Virus record (IMG/VR): IMGVR_UViG_3300045988_114440
Span: 37,704-101,703 of that record
Length of the DNA stretch: 64,000 nucleotides
Direction: 5' to 3' (one strand)
Origin: a virus
Shown here: positions 9,117 to 16,701 of the stretch, piece by piece
Numbering within the stretch: the stretch's first letter is position 1
Layout: each line of letters opens with the position of its first letter
Translations under genes and position numbers: made by a program
The notes under the pieces: generated by a model
Databases searched by the model: none
What the model saw: only the letters and a program-made list of their open reading frames with translations
What the model was told of the DNA's origin: nothing

Positions 9117-10088
9117 ATGTGCAATATTATGAAGGTGAATAAAACGGCGATAGTTTATCATAAATCGGATTTAGATGGCGTTGTGTCGGCAGCCATCGCA
9201 ACCATGTACGAAAACAGTAAAAACAAGGATGTTATTTATATCCCGTATTCGTATGAAGATGATGTAAAGAAAGTTATTGATAAAGTAGATGAATGTGGGG
9301 TTGTTTACGTTCTTGACGTGTCTTTCGGAGCCGATTCTAAAACGATTTTCAAGAAATGGCTTGATGAAGGAAAGAGCCTGATGTGGATAGATCATCACAA
9401 GGGAATTATCGAAGATAGTAAGACATGGGGGTTCGTAGTTCCAGGGTTGAGGAGAGTCGGTACCGGTGCGTGCGCACTGGCCTCGGACCTGCTGATGGGG
9501 AAGGTGCCGGCGATAGTCAGGTGCTTATCAGACTACGATGTGTGGAATAAAGAATCCGGTTTAGGCTGGGATACGGTAGTAGCCGTCCAGTATGCCTTGA
9601 GATCAAAAATAAGACTCAATGTGTTAATAGCATTGTCGTATTTGTATGACCATTTTAAAGAAAATATGAAGGACAATGAGGTGGATTTAATTTTCTATGA
9701 TCTCGCTAAAGAAGGACGTGCTATAATTAATTACATGGCCGGCAAAAACGAACAAGAGGTAAGTGCGTGCTCGTTCGAAGCTTACGTAGACGAGGTTAAG
9801 GTCGTGGCGATGAATACTACAGAATTTAGTTCCAAAGTATTTGATTCTCTTACACCTGACTGGTTAGATGGTAGAAAAATTAAAGCCCTGATGCCATTTT
9901 GTATCATGCCAGGTGGTAAAGTCCGGTTCTCTCTTTATGAATGCGTAGAAGACAGTGCAGATTGCTGTGAGGTAAGTAAGAGATTTGGTGGTGGAGGACA
10001 TGCTGGTGCTGCTGGATTCGTTATAGACGTATCAAGTGACCAGTTTAAGTACTTCCTTGAAAACCACAAACTTACTTCAATTAAATAA
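9117..10088 (+). CDS. DHH-DHHA1 family phosphoesterase (NrnA/RecJ-like)
   Basis: DHH motifs YHKSDLDGVVSAAI, VLDVSFG, MWIDHHK; DHHA1 motif GGGGHAGAAGF near the C-terminus. Confidence 0.8.
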   Translation: MCNIMKVNKTAIVYHKSDLDGVVSAAIATMYENSKNKDVIYIPYSYEDDVKKVIDKVDECGVVYVLDVSFGADSKTIFKKWLDEGKSLMWIDHHKGIIEDSKTWGFVVPGLRRVGTGACALASDLLMGKVPAIVRCLSDYDVWNKESGLGWDTVVAVQYALRSKIRLNVLIALSYLYDHFKENMKDNEVDLIFYDLAKEGRAIINYMAGKNEQEVSACSFEAYVDEVKVVAMNTTEFSSKVFDSLTPDWLDGRKIKALMPFCIMPGGKVRFSLYECVEDSADCCEVSKRFGGGGHAGAAGFVIDVSSDQFKYFLENHKLTSIK

Positions 10089-10109
10089 ATCAATGAGGTA
10101 GTGTTTTAA

Positions 10110-10143
10110 ATAGGATTGGTTGCCATCAATCCTATTTTTTTTG
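10110..10143 (+). terminator. rho-independent terminator
   Basis: 9-bp stem ataggattg/caatcctat with 8-nt loop, followed by T8. Confidence 0.7.
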
Positions 10144-10170
10144 TGTTGAGCTGGAAGAGGTGGGTGAGAT

Positions 10171-10309
10171 AATGTTTGTGTGAGGAATGGAAATGATGCT
10201 GAAGGGCATATGTGGTGTGAGAGATGAAAAAGGTTTGTGTAATAAGGGAGAGGATAAAATGTTTATATAATGGGAGAGAGATAAAAAAGGTTTGTGTAAT
10301 GGGAGAGAG
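10171..10309. repeat. purine-rich direct repeats (GTTTGTGTAAT[AG][AG]GGGAGAG twice, plus a related GTTTGTGTGAGG copy)
   Basis: Repeat copies at about 10226-10252 and 10283-10309; a third partial copy near 10174. Confidence 0.5.
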
Positions 10310-10338
10310 GGGGTACCTATCACGAACCTCCCGCCCCC

Positions 10339-10396
10339 GAAACGCGTTTTCTCCCCCCACACCCCCTTCGCTGGAAAACCGGAAACGCGTTTTTAC
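10339..10396. promoter_or_regulatory. two copies of the perfect palindrome AAACGCGTTT flanked by C-tracts (candidate dimeric protein-binding sites)
   Basis: gaaacgcgtttt at about 10339-10350 and again at about 10383-10394; CCCCCC/CCCCC runs between them. Confidence 0.4.
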
Positions 10397-10789
10397 CTTA
10401 AACCTACAAACTCGCTGATTATCAACATTTTATTTAAATTATTGATAATCAACGTATTATTGTAACCTATTGATTATAAGCCATTTAAATAAACATATAT
10501 CCTACATATTAATGTACGCGTATAATACCGCTCTTGTGTATTTTGTAACTTGCTAATAATCAGATAATAGAATCGAAATTAATACAAGTTAACAAAAAAA
10601 AGATAGTATATATATTTGTAGTAACAATAAAAGTAGTATATTTGCAATGTGTTAAAGCGATAACACATGCTGACATGATGATCCTATATAGTGTACCCGT
10701 TGGGCAAACTATATCTGTATCTGTAATTGCCCGCGTTGTGGGTTATTAAGTTGAATATCATTTGTTTAACAATTAAAATATATTGGATT

Positions 10790-11329
10790 ATGATTACAAA
10801 GAAAAACGTTAACAAACTACAAAACACTGTTATTAAAGAAAATGCTTCTAATTTGGTAGGCGCGGTAAAATTGTATAACGCTTTATTTTCGAATGGAGCT
10901 GACTTGAAAGCAATTTGTAAGACGTTGGAAATACCAACCGAATATGCTGTAAAGGTTGCGGCACTCGCAAAGGACAAAAAACGGTTGGTTGCCGTGTGTA
11001 GCCAAATGTTACCTAAAGTAGGTGATACCTTTGTTAAGTTTTCTTTATACTCTAAAGTATATAAGGATAACAAGGTGGACAAGGAAAAAGGAATTGAGGC
11101 AAAAACGGCTGACTGGTGCGCTGATAATGTGGTTTATGGCGGGGAATATAAATCTTTCGGTTTTTCAACCGCTGAAACATTGGAGACAAAAAAAAGCACA
11201 AAGTGGCTTGTTAAAGAAACGGACGAGTATAAAGCTACTTATGTAGCCGTTAAGATCAAGTCTTATTCAATTCGTACCGTTGCAAAGTGTGTGAGTGAGT
11301 ATTTGGCGCACGAAAGCAACCAGCAGTAA
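10790..11329 (+). CDS. hypothetical protein
   Basis: Track ORF 10727-11329 trimmed to ATG 10790 (MITKKNV...); preceded by a TTTAACAATTAAAAT motif. Confidence 0.45.
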   Translation: MITKKNVNKLQNTVIKENASNLVGAVKLYNALFSNGADLKAICKTLEIPTEYAVKVAALAKDKKRLVAVCSQMLPKVGDTFVKFSLYSKVYKDNKVDKEKGIEAKTADWCADNVVYGGEYKSFGFSTAETLETKKSTKWLVKETDEYKATYVAVKIKSYSIRTVAKCVSEYLAHESNQQ

Positions 11330-11800
11330 AAAAAGGTTAGGCGCGTACCGTTAAACGCGTCTGTACGCCGTTGTCAGTGGGTGCACGTCCCGCGTATGCT
11401 TTAGACTGAAGCTGACAAAACAGAGAGTTATTTTACATATTGGAGATAGATATACCTTTGCCCTTGCCGTTGGCAATTAAAGGGCTGGTATTGCTGCATG
11501 AACTGCACTAAATAAGTGTGGTTTATGTTAGGTATGTTAGTACAGTTTGGAAAACATACCGTTGTACGCGGTTTATCTCCAGACCGAAACGTGTCTTACT
11601 TGCCTACACGTAAAATAGGACAAGGCTGTAGATTAAATTACAGGGTATAAACATGTAGCCTACCATGTAGGAGCGTGATATATCAAAACGCAAGGACACA
11701 ATCGCCTTTATTTGTGGCTAAGTTGTGTAGCAGACGGAAAATATAATAACAACATAGTACGGGCCTGTACACAAGAACTACGTACTAATTACGGGCTGTT

Positions 11801-11863
11801 GGTTGTAGCATAAAATTCGTATAGAATAGGAATGCGTGTTCGGTTCGATTCCGGAGCAACCTC
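11801..11863 (+). ncRNA. tRNA-like minihelix element (acceptor-like stem plus canonical T-arm)
   Basis: ttcgg-TTCGATT-ccgga T-arm; 5' ggttgt pairs with 3' gcaacc; no anticodon arm found by eye. Confidence 0.3.
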
Positions 11864-11886
11864 TAAATTATAAACAATATAATAAC

Positions 11887-12057
11887 ATGGGAAAGAAAGC
11901 AATGATCAACGCTTTAACTGAAGCGTTCAATAAATCTAAAAACAGTTGCGTAAAAATAACATTGCGTAACTATATCGAGACGGTTGAAGCACTAAGCGAA
12001 AGTGAGTACAAAGAGGCGGAAGGTTTCTATATTGAAGCACTTAACCGCTGGGGTTAA
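11887..12057 (+). CDS. hypothetical small protein (56 aa)
   Basis: ATG at 11887 (MGKKAMINAL...); the track ORF began at an upstream GTG that overlaps the tRNA-like element. Confidence 0.35.
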   Translation: MGKKAMINALTEAFNKSKNSCVKITLRNYIETVEALSESEYKEAEGFYIEALNRWG

Positions 12058-12079
12058 TCATAATTAAAGCATAAAGAAA

Positions 12080-12286
12080 ATGAAAAGGAAATTTAAATCT
12101 CACATGGTAGACGTCCGCGGTCTGTCCAGGAAAGAAGCTAAAGAAAAGCGGAAAAGAGCGTATCGGGAATTTATGTTGTATCGTGATCTTAAAGAAGCGT
12201 ATCATGCCGATACAGGAAAGGATAAATGTAAGCGTAAAGTTCATACATCACGAACATACGTCAAGGAAAATATAAACAGTATTTAA
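12080..12286 (+). CDS. small basic (K/R-rich) protein, possibly DNA-binding
   Basis: MKRKFKSH...KEAKEKRKRAYREF; co-oriented. Confidence 0.45.
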   Translation: MKRKFKSHMVDVRGLSRKEAKEKRKRAYREFMLYRDLKEAYHADTGKDKCKRKVHTSRTYVKENINSI

Positions 12287-12290
12287 ATAG

Positions 12291-12330
12291 GAGTAGGGTT
12301 TTTTCGAATATCGGAGCAGCCCTATTTTTG
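12291..12330 (+). terminator. possible terminator hairpin
   Basis: taggg...cccta stem with long loop, followed by TTTT. Confidence 0.3.
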
Positions 12331-12392
12331 TATCCTACTCTTTCTATTTACGGGTATGATATTCTGAGAGTGAACGGCGAATGTGGACAATA

Positions 12393-12484
12393 TTGGTCTA
12401 AAACGAAACAAAAATAGGAGCGTTCGGATATAATGCCGGTATTTTGTCTATATCATGTCGTTAAAATTGGTCTAAAACGAAACT
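12393..12484. repeat. two 21-nt direct repeats A[AT]ATTGGTCTAAAACGAAAC separated by a roughly 53-nt spacer
   Basis: Copies at 12390-12410 and 12464-12484. Confidence 0.5.
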
Positions 12485-12814
12485 TGAGGCGGTTTTCTGA
12501 CCCAAAATAGGGTGTCGGATGCCGCCTTTTTCATCTCTATGGATTGAAAATTAGGCTTATTGTATTTTTCTTAAAAATGAGGTATGCTTGATTATCAATT
12601 AGTTAGGTTTTATAATCCCCGTATTTTTGGACATACTTATTGTATTTTTTTATTCTATGTGGTGGTTTTTATTAGTAGCTGATCTTTATTTTCTGTCGGT
12701 TGGTATTCGCTCTATGTTGGAGTACGGACCGGATCAGTATAATATTGTAATGGTCTTTTGCTTTTCTTTGTTGGCTTTGATTATAGGTTTAAATATCTAT
12801 CTTGATAGGAGGAG

Positions 12815-12952
12815 CAGGCGGTAGGGCGTGGGCTGAAGGCTCTCTATTCTCTCTATGGAATGATATTATCTCCAAATCCCCCATACTCCATGCCAGAGTA
12901 TAAGCTTGTAGCGCTCTCCGTATGCCGGTAGTGAGGCGGTAGGGCGTGGGTT
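12815..12952. repeat. GC-rich direct repeat AGGCGGTAGGGCGTGGG, two copies about 120 bp apart
   Basis: Copies at about 12816-12832 and 12934-12950, inside a long noncoding stretch. Confidence 0.5.
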
Positions 12953-13023
12953 CTATGCGGAAAGCCGGAGGATTAGCGGGAGTTGGAGAGGGGGAGAGGG
13001 AGGGCACTCCCTACCAACAAAAT

Positions 13024-13140
13024 TCAATAGATAAGCGTTTTAAAACAACATTATGTAGGGTTTTCCCACAAAATTAAGGATTACAGTGCTTTAAAACAGC
13101 ATAATGTGAGTTTATTCTACAAAATTCAATAGGTTGAGAG
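13024..13140. repeat. tandem imperfect repeats of about 45 bp (TTTAAAACA[AG]CAT[TA]ATGT.GGTTT....ACAAAATT)
   Basis: Two adjacent copies; AAAATTCAATAG also recurs at 13019 and 13111. Confidence 0.45.
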
Positions 13141-13194
13141 TTGAAAACTATATTCTATAGATTAGTGGTAATCGGAATGTTTAACAATTAAAAT

Positions 13195-13464
13195 ATGGAT
13201 GGTATGAACGTATATGATTTTGCACCCGATTTAGATTTGAGTAAAGAAGTAGAAGGTTCTATTTTTGGGGTGAAAGGAATAGAAGGCAGTGATGGTATAG
13301 TATATGCTAAGGTAGTTAGCTTTATAGAAGTTAGGGATTACAGTTGTGAGGGGTGTATTTTTAATGATTGTTATAAGGATAAATGTTTATTATCGCGTAG
13401 TGATAGTTGTATAGATGGAGATTGGATTTGTAGGTACGAACAGGCTGCCATAGAGGGGGAGTAG
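13195..13464 (+). CDS. small Cys-rich protein, paralog of the 14655-14879 gene
   Basis: FAPDLDLS... CEGCIFNDCYKDKC aligns with FGPDMDLS... CKDCIFFNNSERC in the 14655-14879 product. Confidence 0.5.
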   Translation: MDGMNVYDFAPDLDLSKEVEGSIFGVKGIEGSDGIVYAKVVSFIEVRDYSCEGCIFNDCYKDKCLLSRSDSCIDGDWICRYEQAAIEGE

Positions 13465-13567
13465 GCGGCGCCTTGGGCTAAGGCCTGCGGTTGTAGGTGG
13501 AACGTAGGTCGGAGCAGAGCCTGGACAGTTTATTGTGGAACGTAAAAAAGAAGGAGGAGATAGCGAT

Positions 13568-13648
13568 ATGAAAAAGGCATTTAAGATATTTTTTATTATG
13601 CTTGTCATAGAAATAGTGCTGATAGCTATTTTAGATGCTATGGCGTAA
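13568..13648 (+). CDS. 26-aa hydrophobic peptide (MKKAFKIFFIMLVIEIVLIAILDAMA)
   Basis: Strong AGGAGG Shine-Dalgarno 8 nt upstream; single predicted transmembrane helix; too short for the ORF track. Confidence 0.3.
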   Translation: MKKAFKIFFIMLVIEIVLIAILDAMA

Positions 13649-13727
13649 GTGAGAAAAATTTCTTCATTAATTTTCTTATGCTTTAGACAAAGTGCTCCCG
13701 TCTGCGAAGATCGGAGCACTTGCTTTA

Positions 13728-13772
13728 TGGGATTCATGGTGCGGTAGGTCGGTTCGATTCCGGCGATCTCAC
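13728..13772 (+). ncRNA. tRNA-like minihelix element
   Basis: 5' tgggatt pairs with 3' gatctca (two G-U pairs), flanking the T-arm gtcgg-TTCGATT-ccggc; discriminator C; 30 nt upstream of the 13802 start. Confidence 0.3.
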
Positions 13773-13801
13773 ACAACATTAAAAACAAAGGAGGAAAGAA
13801 A

Positions 13802-14149
13802 ATGAAAGATGGCATTAAATTGCATCCAGAACACGGATTGAATCCGTCTATAGAAGTCTGCATGATATGTGGCGAAGAGATGGGGATTGCTTTATTAGGG
13901 AATAATATCAAAGGGCAGGCACCGCATCATATATGCACGGGCGGAGTATGTGACAATTGCAAAAAGATAATAGATGACGGAGGCTGTTTTATTATCGAAG
14001 TCGAGGATGGATCAGATCAAAAGAATCCGTATCGTACAGGGAGATATTGTGCGATAAAGAAAGAGGCGGCAAAGAAGATATTTGGACAGGAGCATAATAT
14101 TGTGTACATGGAAAAGTCTGCATACAGTCAAATAATACCACAAAAATAA
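13802..14149 (+). CDS. Cys-rich (zinc-binding) hypothetical protein
   Basis: AAGGAGG Shine-Dalgarno; CxxC...CxxC arrangement (CMICGEE...CDNCKK). Confidence 0.5.
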   Translation: MKDGIKLHPEHGLNPSIEVCMICGEEMGIALLGNNIKGQAPHHICTGGVCDNCKKIIDDGGCFIIEVEDGSDQKNPYRTGRYCAIKKEAAKKIFGQEHNIVYMEKSAYSQIIPQK

Positions 14150-14157
14150 AGAAGGAT

Positions 14158-14481
14158 ATGTTTACAAAAGAAGAGCGATTATTTATTTGGAAAGAAGCAT
14201 ATAGGGAAATCGAAGAATTACGTACTGGAGAATATATATGCGTTGCATTGAAACATGCAGTATTTAAATTTTTTGTAACTCCTAAAAATTCCGGAACTTT
14301 TTATGGGATGCCTTTATATGAACTGGTGAGAACATATTTCCCGGAATTGGAGAAAAAGAAAAGTATGGCTACAGAACCAGAAGGAAAATGGGGTATGTAT
14401 GGATGGTTTGGCTGTATTAGTCCAGAAACGAGGGAGGTGAGGCTAAATATCGTAAAAGACATTATAAAAGAATTAGAATAA
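14158..14481 (+). CDS. hypothetical protein
   Basis: Co-oriented ORF with tight spacing. Confidence 0.45.
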   Translation: MFTKEERLFIWKEAYREIEELRTGEYICVALKHAVFKFFVTPKNSGTFYGMPLYELVRTYFPELEKKKSMATEPEGKWGMYGWFGCISPETREVRLNIVKDIIKELE

Positions 14482-14527
14482 TATTTTTGTTAATCTATTT
14501 TATTCATCAAATTAAGTTTTGGGTTTT

Positions 14528-14634
14528 GGCATGTCGGTTCGTGAGGATAGACATGCCTATTTCTGTATCATAGAGGGATGACGCGGCGTGCCGGTGCGTA
14601 TGTGCCGGTTCTGGTTCGATTCCAGGAATCTCAC
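14528..14634 (+). ncRNA. tRNA-like element: 8-bp hairpin followed by a canonical T-arm and acceptor-like 3' strand
   Basis: ggcatgtc...gacatgcc hairpin; tctgg-TTCGATT-ccagg; 3' aatctca-c is almost identical to the 13765-13772 element; a full cloverleaf was not resolved by eye. Confidence 0.25.
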
Positions 14635-14654
14635 AAACAATAAATCATAATCAT

Positions 14655-14879
14655 ATGGAAGTAATAACATTCGGTCCGGATATGGATTTGTCTTCTAAAA
14701 AAGCAGGAGATGTATTTAGATTAAAATTGTATGGCATAGAGTATGATGTCAAAGTAGTTGGTGACGATGAAGATCCTCTTATGTTCTGCAAAGATTGTAT
14801 ATTTTTTAACAACTCCGAACGGTGTTCACTCTCAGAATCGCAAGACTGGTGCTTAAAAAAAGCAAGTTGTTTACTGTAA
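14655..14879 (+). CDS. small Cys-rich protein, paralog of the 13195-13464 gene
   Basis: Shared FxPDxDLS N-terminus and CxxCIF...C...C spacing. Confidence 0.5.
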   Translation: MEVITFGPDMDLSSKKAGDVFRLKLYGIEYDVKVVGDDEDPLMFCKDCIFFNNSERCSLSESQDWCLKKASCLL

Positions 14880-14887
14880 AATAAGAC

Positions 14888-15079
14888 ATGATGGGGGAAT
14901 TTAATGCGAAAGACGCCAATTTCTTATGGCGTCAAATTGGTAGGATTGATGGGGTGATAGAAACTCTGAACCGTACCGAAGGAGAGATGCCGGAAATTAT
15001 AGCTGGAGTGCTAAAAAGAATAAGAGATGATATAGATAAGTTTGTAGATAATAAAACAAAAGATTATGAGAATATATAA
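14888..15079 (+). CDS. hypothetical small protein
   Basis: Co-oriented ORF. Confidence 0.35.
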   Translation: MMGEFNAKDANFLWRQIGRIDGVIETLNRTEGEMPEIIAGVLKRIRDDIDKFVDNKTKDYENI

Positions 15080-15296
15080 AAATGATATTATAAAGGCGTC
15101 AGCAATAAGCACCGGCGCCGACAGAGGTGTGTTGCTGTGTTCAATAACAGATTCAGGATTCACGTCTATAGCGGGCGTAATATCGGCTGTTAAAGATAAG
15201 TTACCAGGCAAAGATCATAAGAAGATGATTTTTGAAATACGGAATGATGGAAGAAACGAATATGGCAGATATAATAATTGTGGAGGAAAAATATGA
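15066..15296 (+). CDS. hypothetical small protein
   Basis: Co-oriented ORF overlapping its neighbours by a few codons. Confidence 0.35.
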   Translation: MRIYKNDIIKASAISTGADRGVLLCSITDSGFTSIAGVISAVKDKLPGKDHKKMIFEIRNDGRNEYGRYNNCGGKI

Positions 15297-15505
15297 AATA
15301 CAGAGGTCTGTTGCTCCCTATGATATTAGCTGCAATGTGTGGAGATGATGCCTTTATGTTAAATACTAAAAGGGGAAAAGGAATGCAATCTACATATAGA
15401 AGAGAAAAGATTGTCAGAACAGAAAAAGAATTTGATATTAATGGTACTAAAGTAATGGCATACTCAAGAAAGGATGCCATTAAAAGATTAAAACATAAGA
15501 AGTAG
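15278..15505 (+). CDS. hypothetical small protein
   Basis: Co-oriented ORF. Confidence 0.35.
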   Translation: MWRKNMKYRGLLLPMILAAMCGDDAFMLNTKRGKGMQSTYRREKIVRTEKEFDINGTKVMAYSRKDAIKRLKHKK

Positions 15506-15613
15506 AAAACGGATTTTTATGTTAATGTTAGTTTTTCATTTTTATTGAAAGGAGCGCCGACCTGTGAAGGTATGCGCTCTTTGTATTTGTATAATGCATA
15601 AAACAATAATAAT

Positions 15614-15868
15614 ATGACAGATAATAACATAGATGTGAATATCGTACCTGTAAAGAATGGTGCGAAACGTGTTGTGGTATCATATTACCATTATTCACGC
15701 AAGGACAAAAATCATATGAGTTCCCAAACGGATTACGTTTGGGAAACAAAGAATGAAGAAATGTTTAAATACTTTGAGGCCAGGAAGACAAAAGTATTTT
15801 ATAGTCAGATTCGTGCCATGTGTAGATTCTATGGCAAGAAAAATGTACGTAAATACAAAAAGCTATGA
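15614..15868 (+). CDS. hypothetical small protein
   Basis: Co-oriented ORF; stop overlaps the next start. Confidence 0.4.
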   Translation: MTDNNIDVNIVPVKNGAKRVVVSYYHYSRKDKNHMSSQTDYVWETKNEEMFKYFEARKTKVFYSQIRAMCRFYGKKNVRKYKKL

Positions 15869-16674
15869 TATTAAAAACGACAACCAACGAGTTTTGTTTC
15901 ATCAGCGTAAGTTTCTATGAAACAATAGCAGATCCTCGATATTTCTTTGAACAAGATTATGAAGAGATGCCGGAATATGAGGAAGAATCGGATTTTGATT
16001 TTGATTCTTATTGCAATAAGTTTATTCCTTTTGTACAGAAATGGGCGAATGAGGTAAGTGAACGCCTTTACGGATATGGCGTGAATAACATAAAGGTAAC
16101 ATCGGTCGGACATCCGAGAGAATATAATTATGGTACTGATTGGATGAACGTAGAGGTAGAGTTTTGTGATGAATGGAGGCAAAAGATGTTATCTAACATT
16201 GGTAAGATTGTCAATGATGATAAATGCAAGAAGTATGCGGAGGCTAATTACCGGTCGGTACTAGGATACATCTTTTTTGGGCCTGAAGATTTAAAGGAAT
16301 TTGAAGAGGAAATAATAGAAAGAAAGTCAGATTCGGGATATGATGTAACAATATTATTAAATATGTATCTAACTTTGGCTTTTGTAAAAGAATTTGGATT
16401 TAAAGCCGGAGAAGCATGGAGTGAAATAACAGAATATGCTTACGGATGTTTATCGTATTCCGATTTTGCAACAACAGAGATGCTTATACCGGAAGGTTCG
16501 GAGCATTTATTCAAAGACATTTACACGGCAAAGGCCGACGAATTATATCATCATGTCCTGGATAAATTCGGATGGGCGTGGCGTGATCCGAAATATAAGT
16601 CAGAAACAGAATTATGCGCGATGCTAAAGTGGGCAAAAGAAAAAGGCTTGACCATTGAAGAGTTAAGTATTTAA
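15865..16674 (+). CDS. hypothetical acidic protein (269 aa)
   Basis: Long co-oriented ORF. Confidence 0.5.
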   Translation: MILKTTTNEFCFISVSFYETIADPRYFFEQDYEEMPEYEEESDFDFDSYCNKFIPFVQKWANEVSERLYGYGVNNIKVTSVGHPREYNYGTDWMNVEVEFCDEWRQKMLSNIGKIVNDDKCKKYAEANYRSVLGYIFFGPEDLKEFEEEIIERKSDSGYDVTILLNMYLTLAFVKEFGFKAGEAWSEITEYAYGCLSYSDFATTEMLIPEGSEHLFKDIYTAKADELYHHVLDKFGWAWRDPKYKSETELCAMLKWAKEKGLTIEELSI

Positions 16675-16701
16675 TTGTTAAACATAAGGCAGTAGTGGTG
16701 C

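Noticed and set aside
10684-11082. 132-aa - strand ORF overlapping the 10790-11329 gene
   Set aside because: Its translation looks non-native, whereas the + strand ORF has a sensible start behind the conserved TTTAACAATTAAAAT motif.
12393-12484. CRISPR mini-array hypothesis for the 21-nt direct repeats
   Set aside because: Only two copies; the repeat is shorter than typical CRISPR repeats; no cas genes or leader recognised. Kept as a generic repeat.
12627-13007. ORFs 12627-12824 (+) and 12789-13007 (-)
   Set aside because: Both lie on the repeat families of the noncoding island, and their translations are repeat-driven (e.g. PSLSPSPTPANPPA...). Better explained as noncoding.
11801-14634. 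attP-like tRNA 3' fragments of an integrative phage
   Set aside because: No integrase or recombinase gene in the window, and three different copies would be unusual. Cannot be excluded without the host genome.
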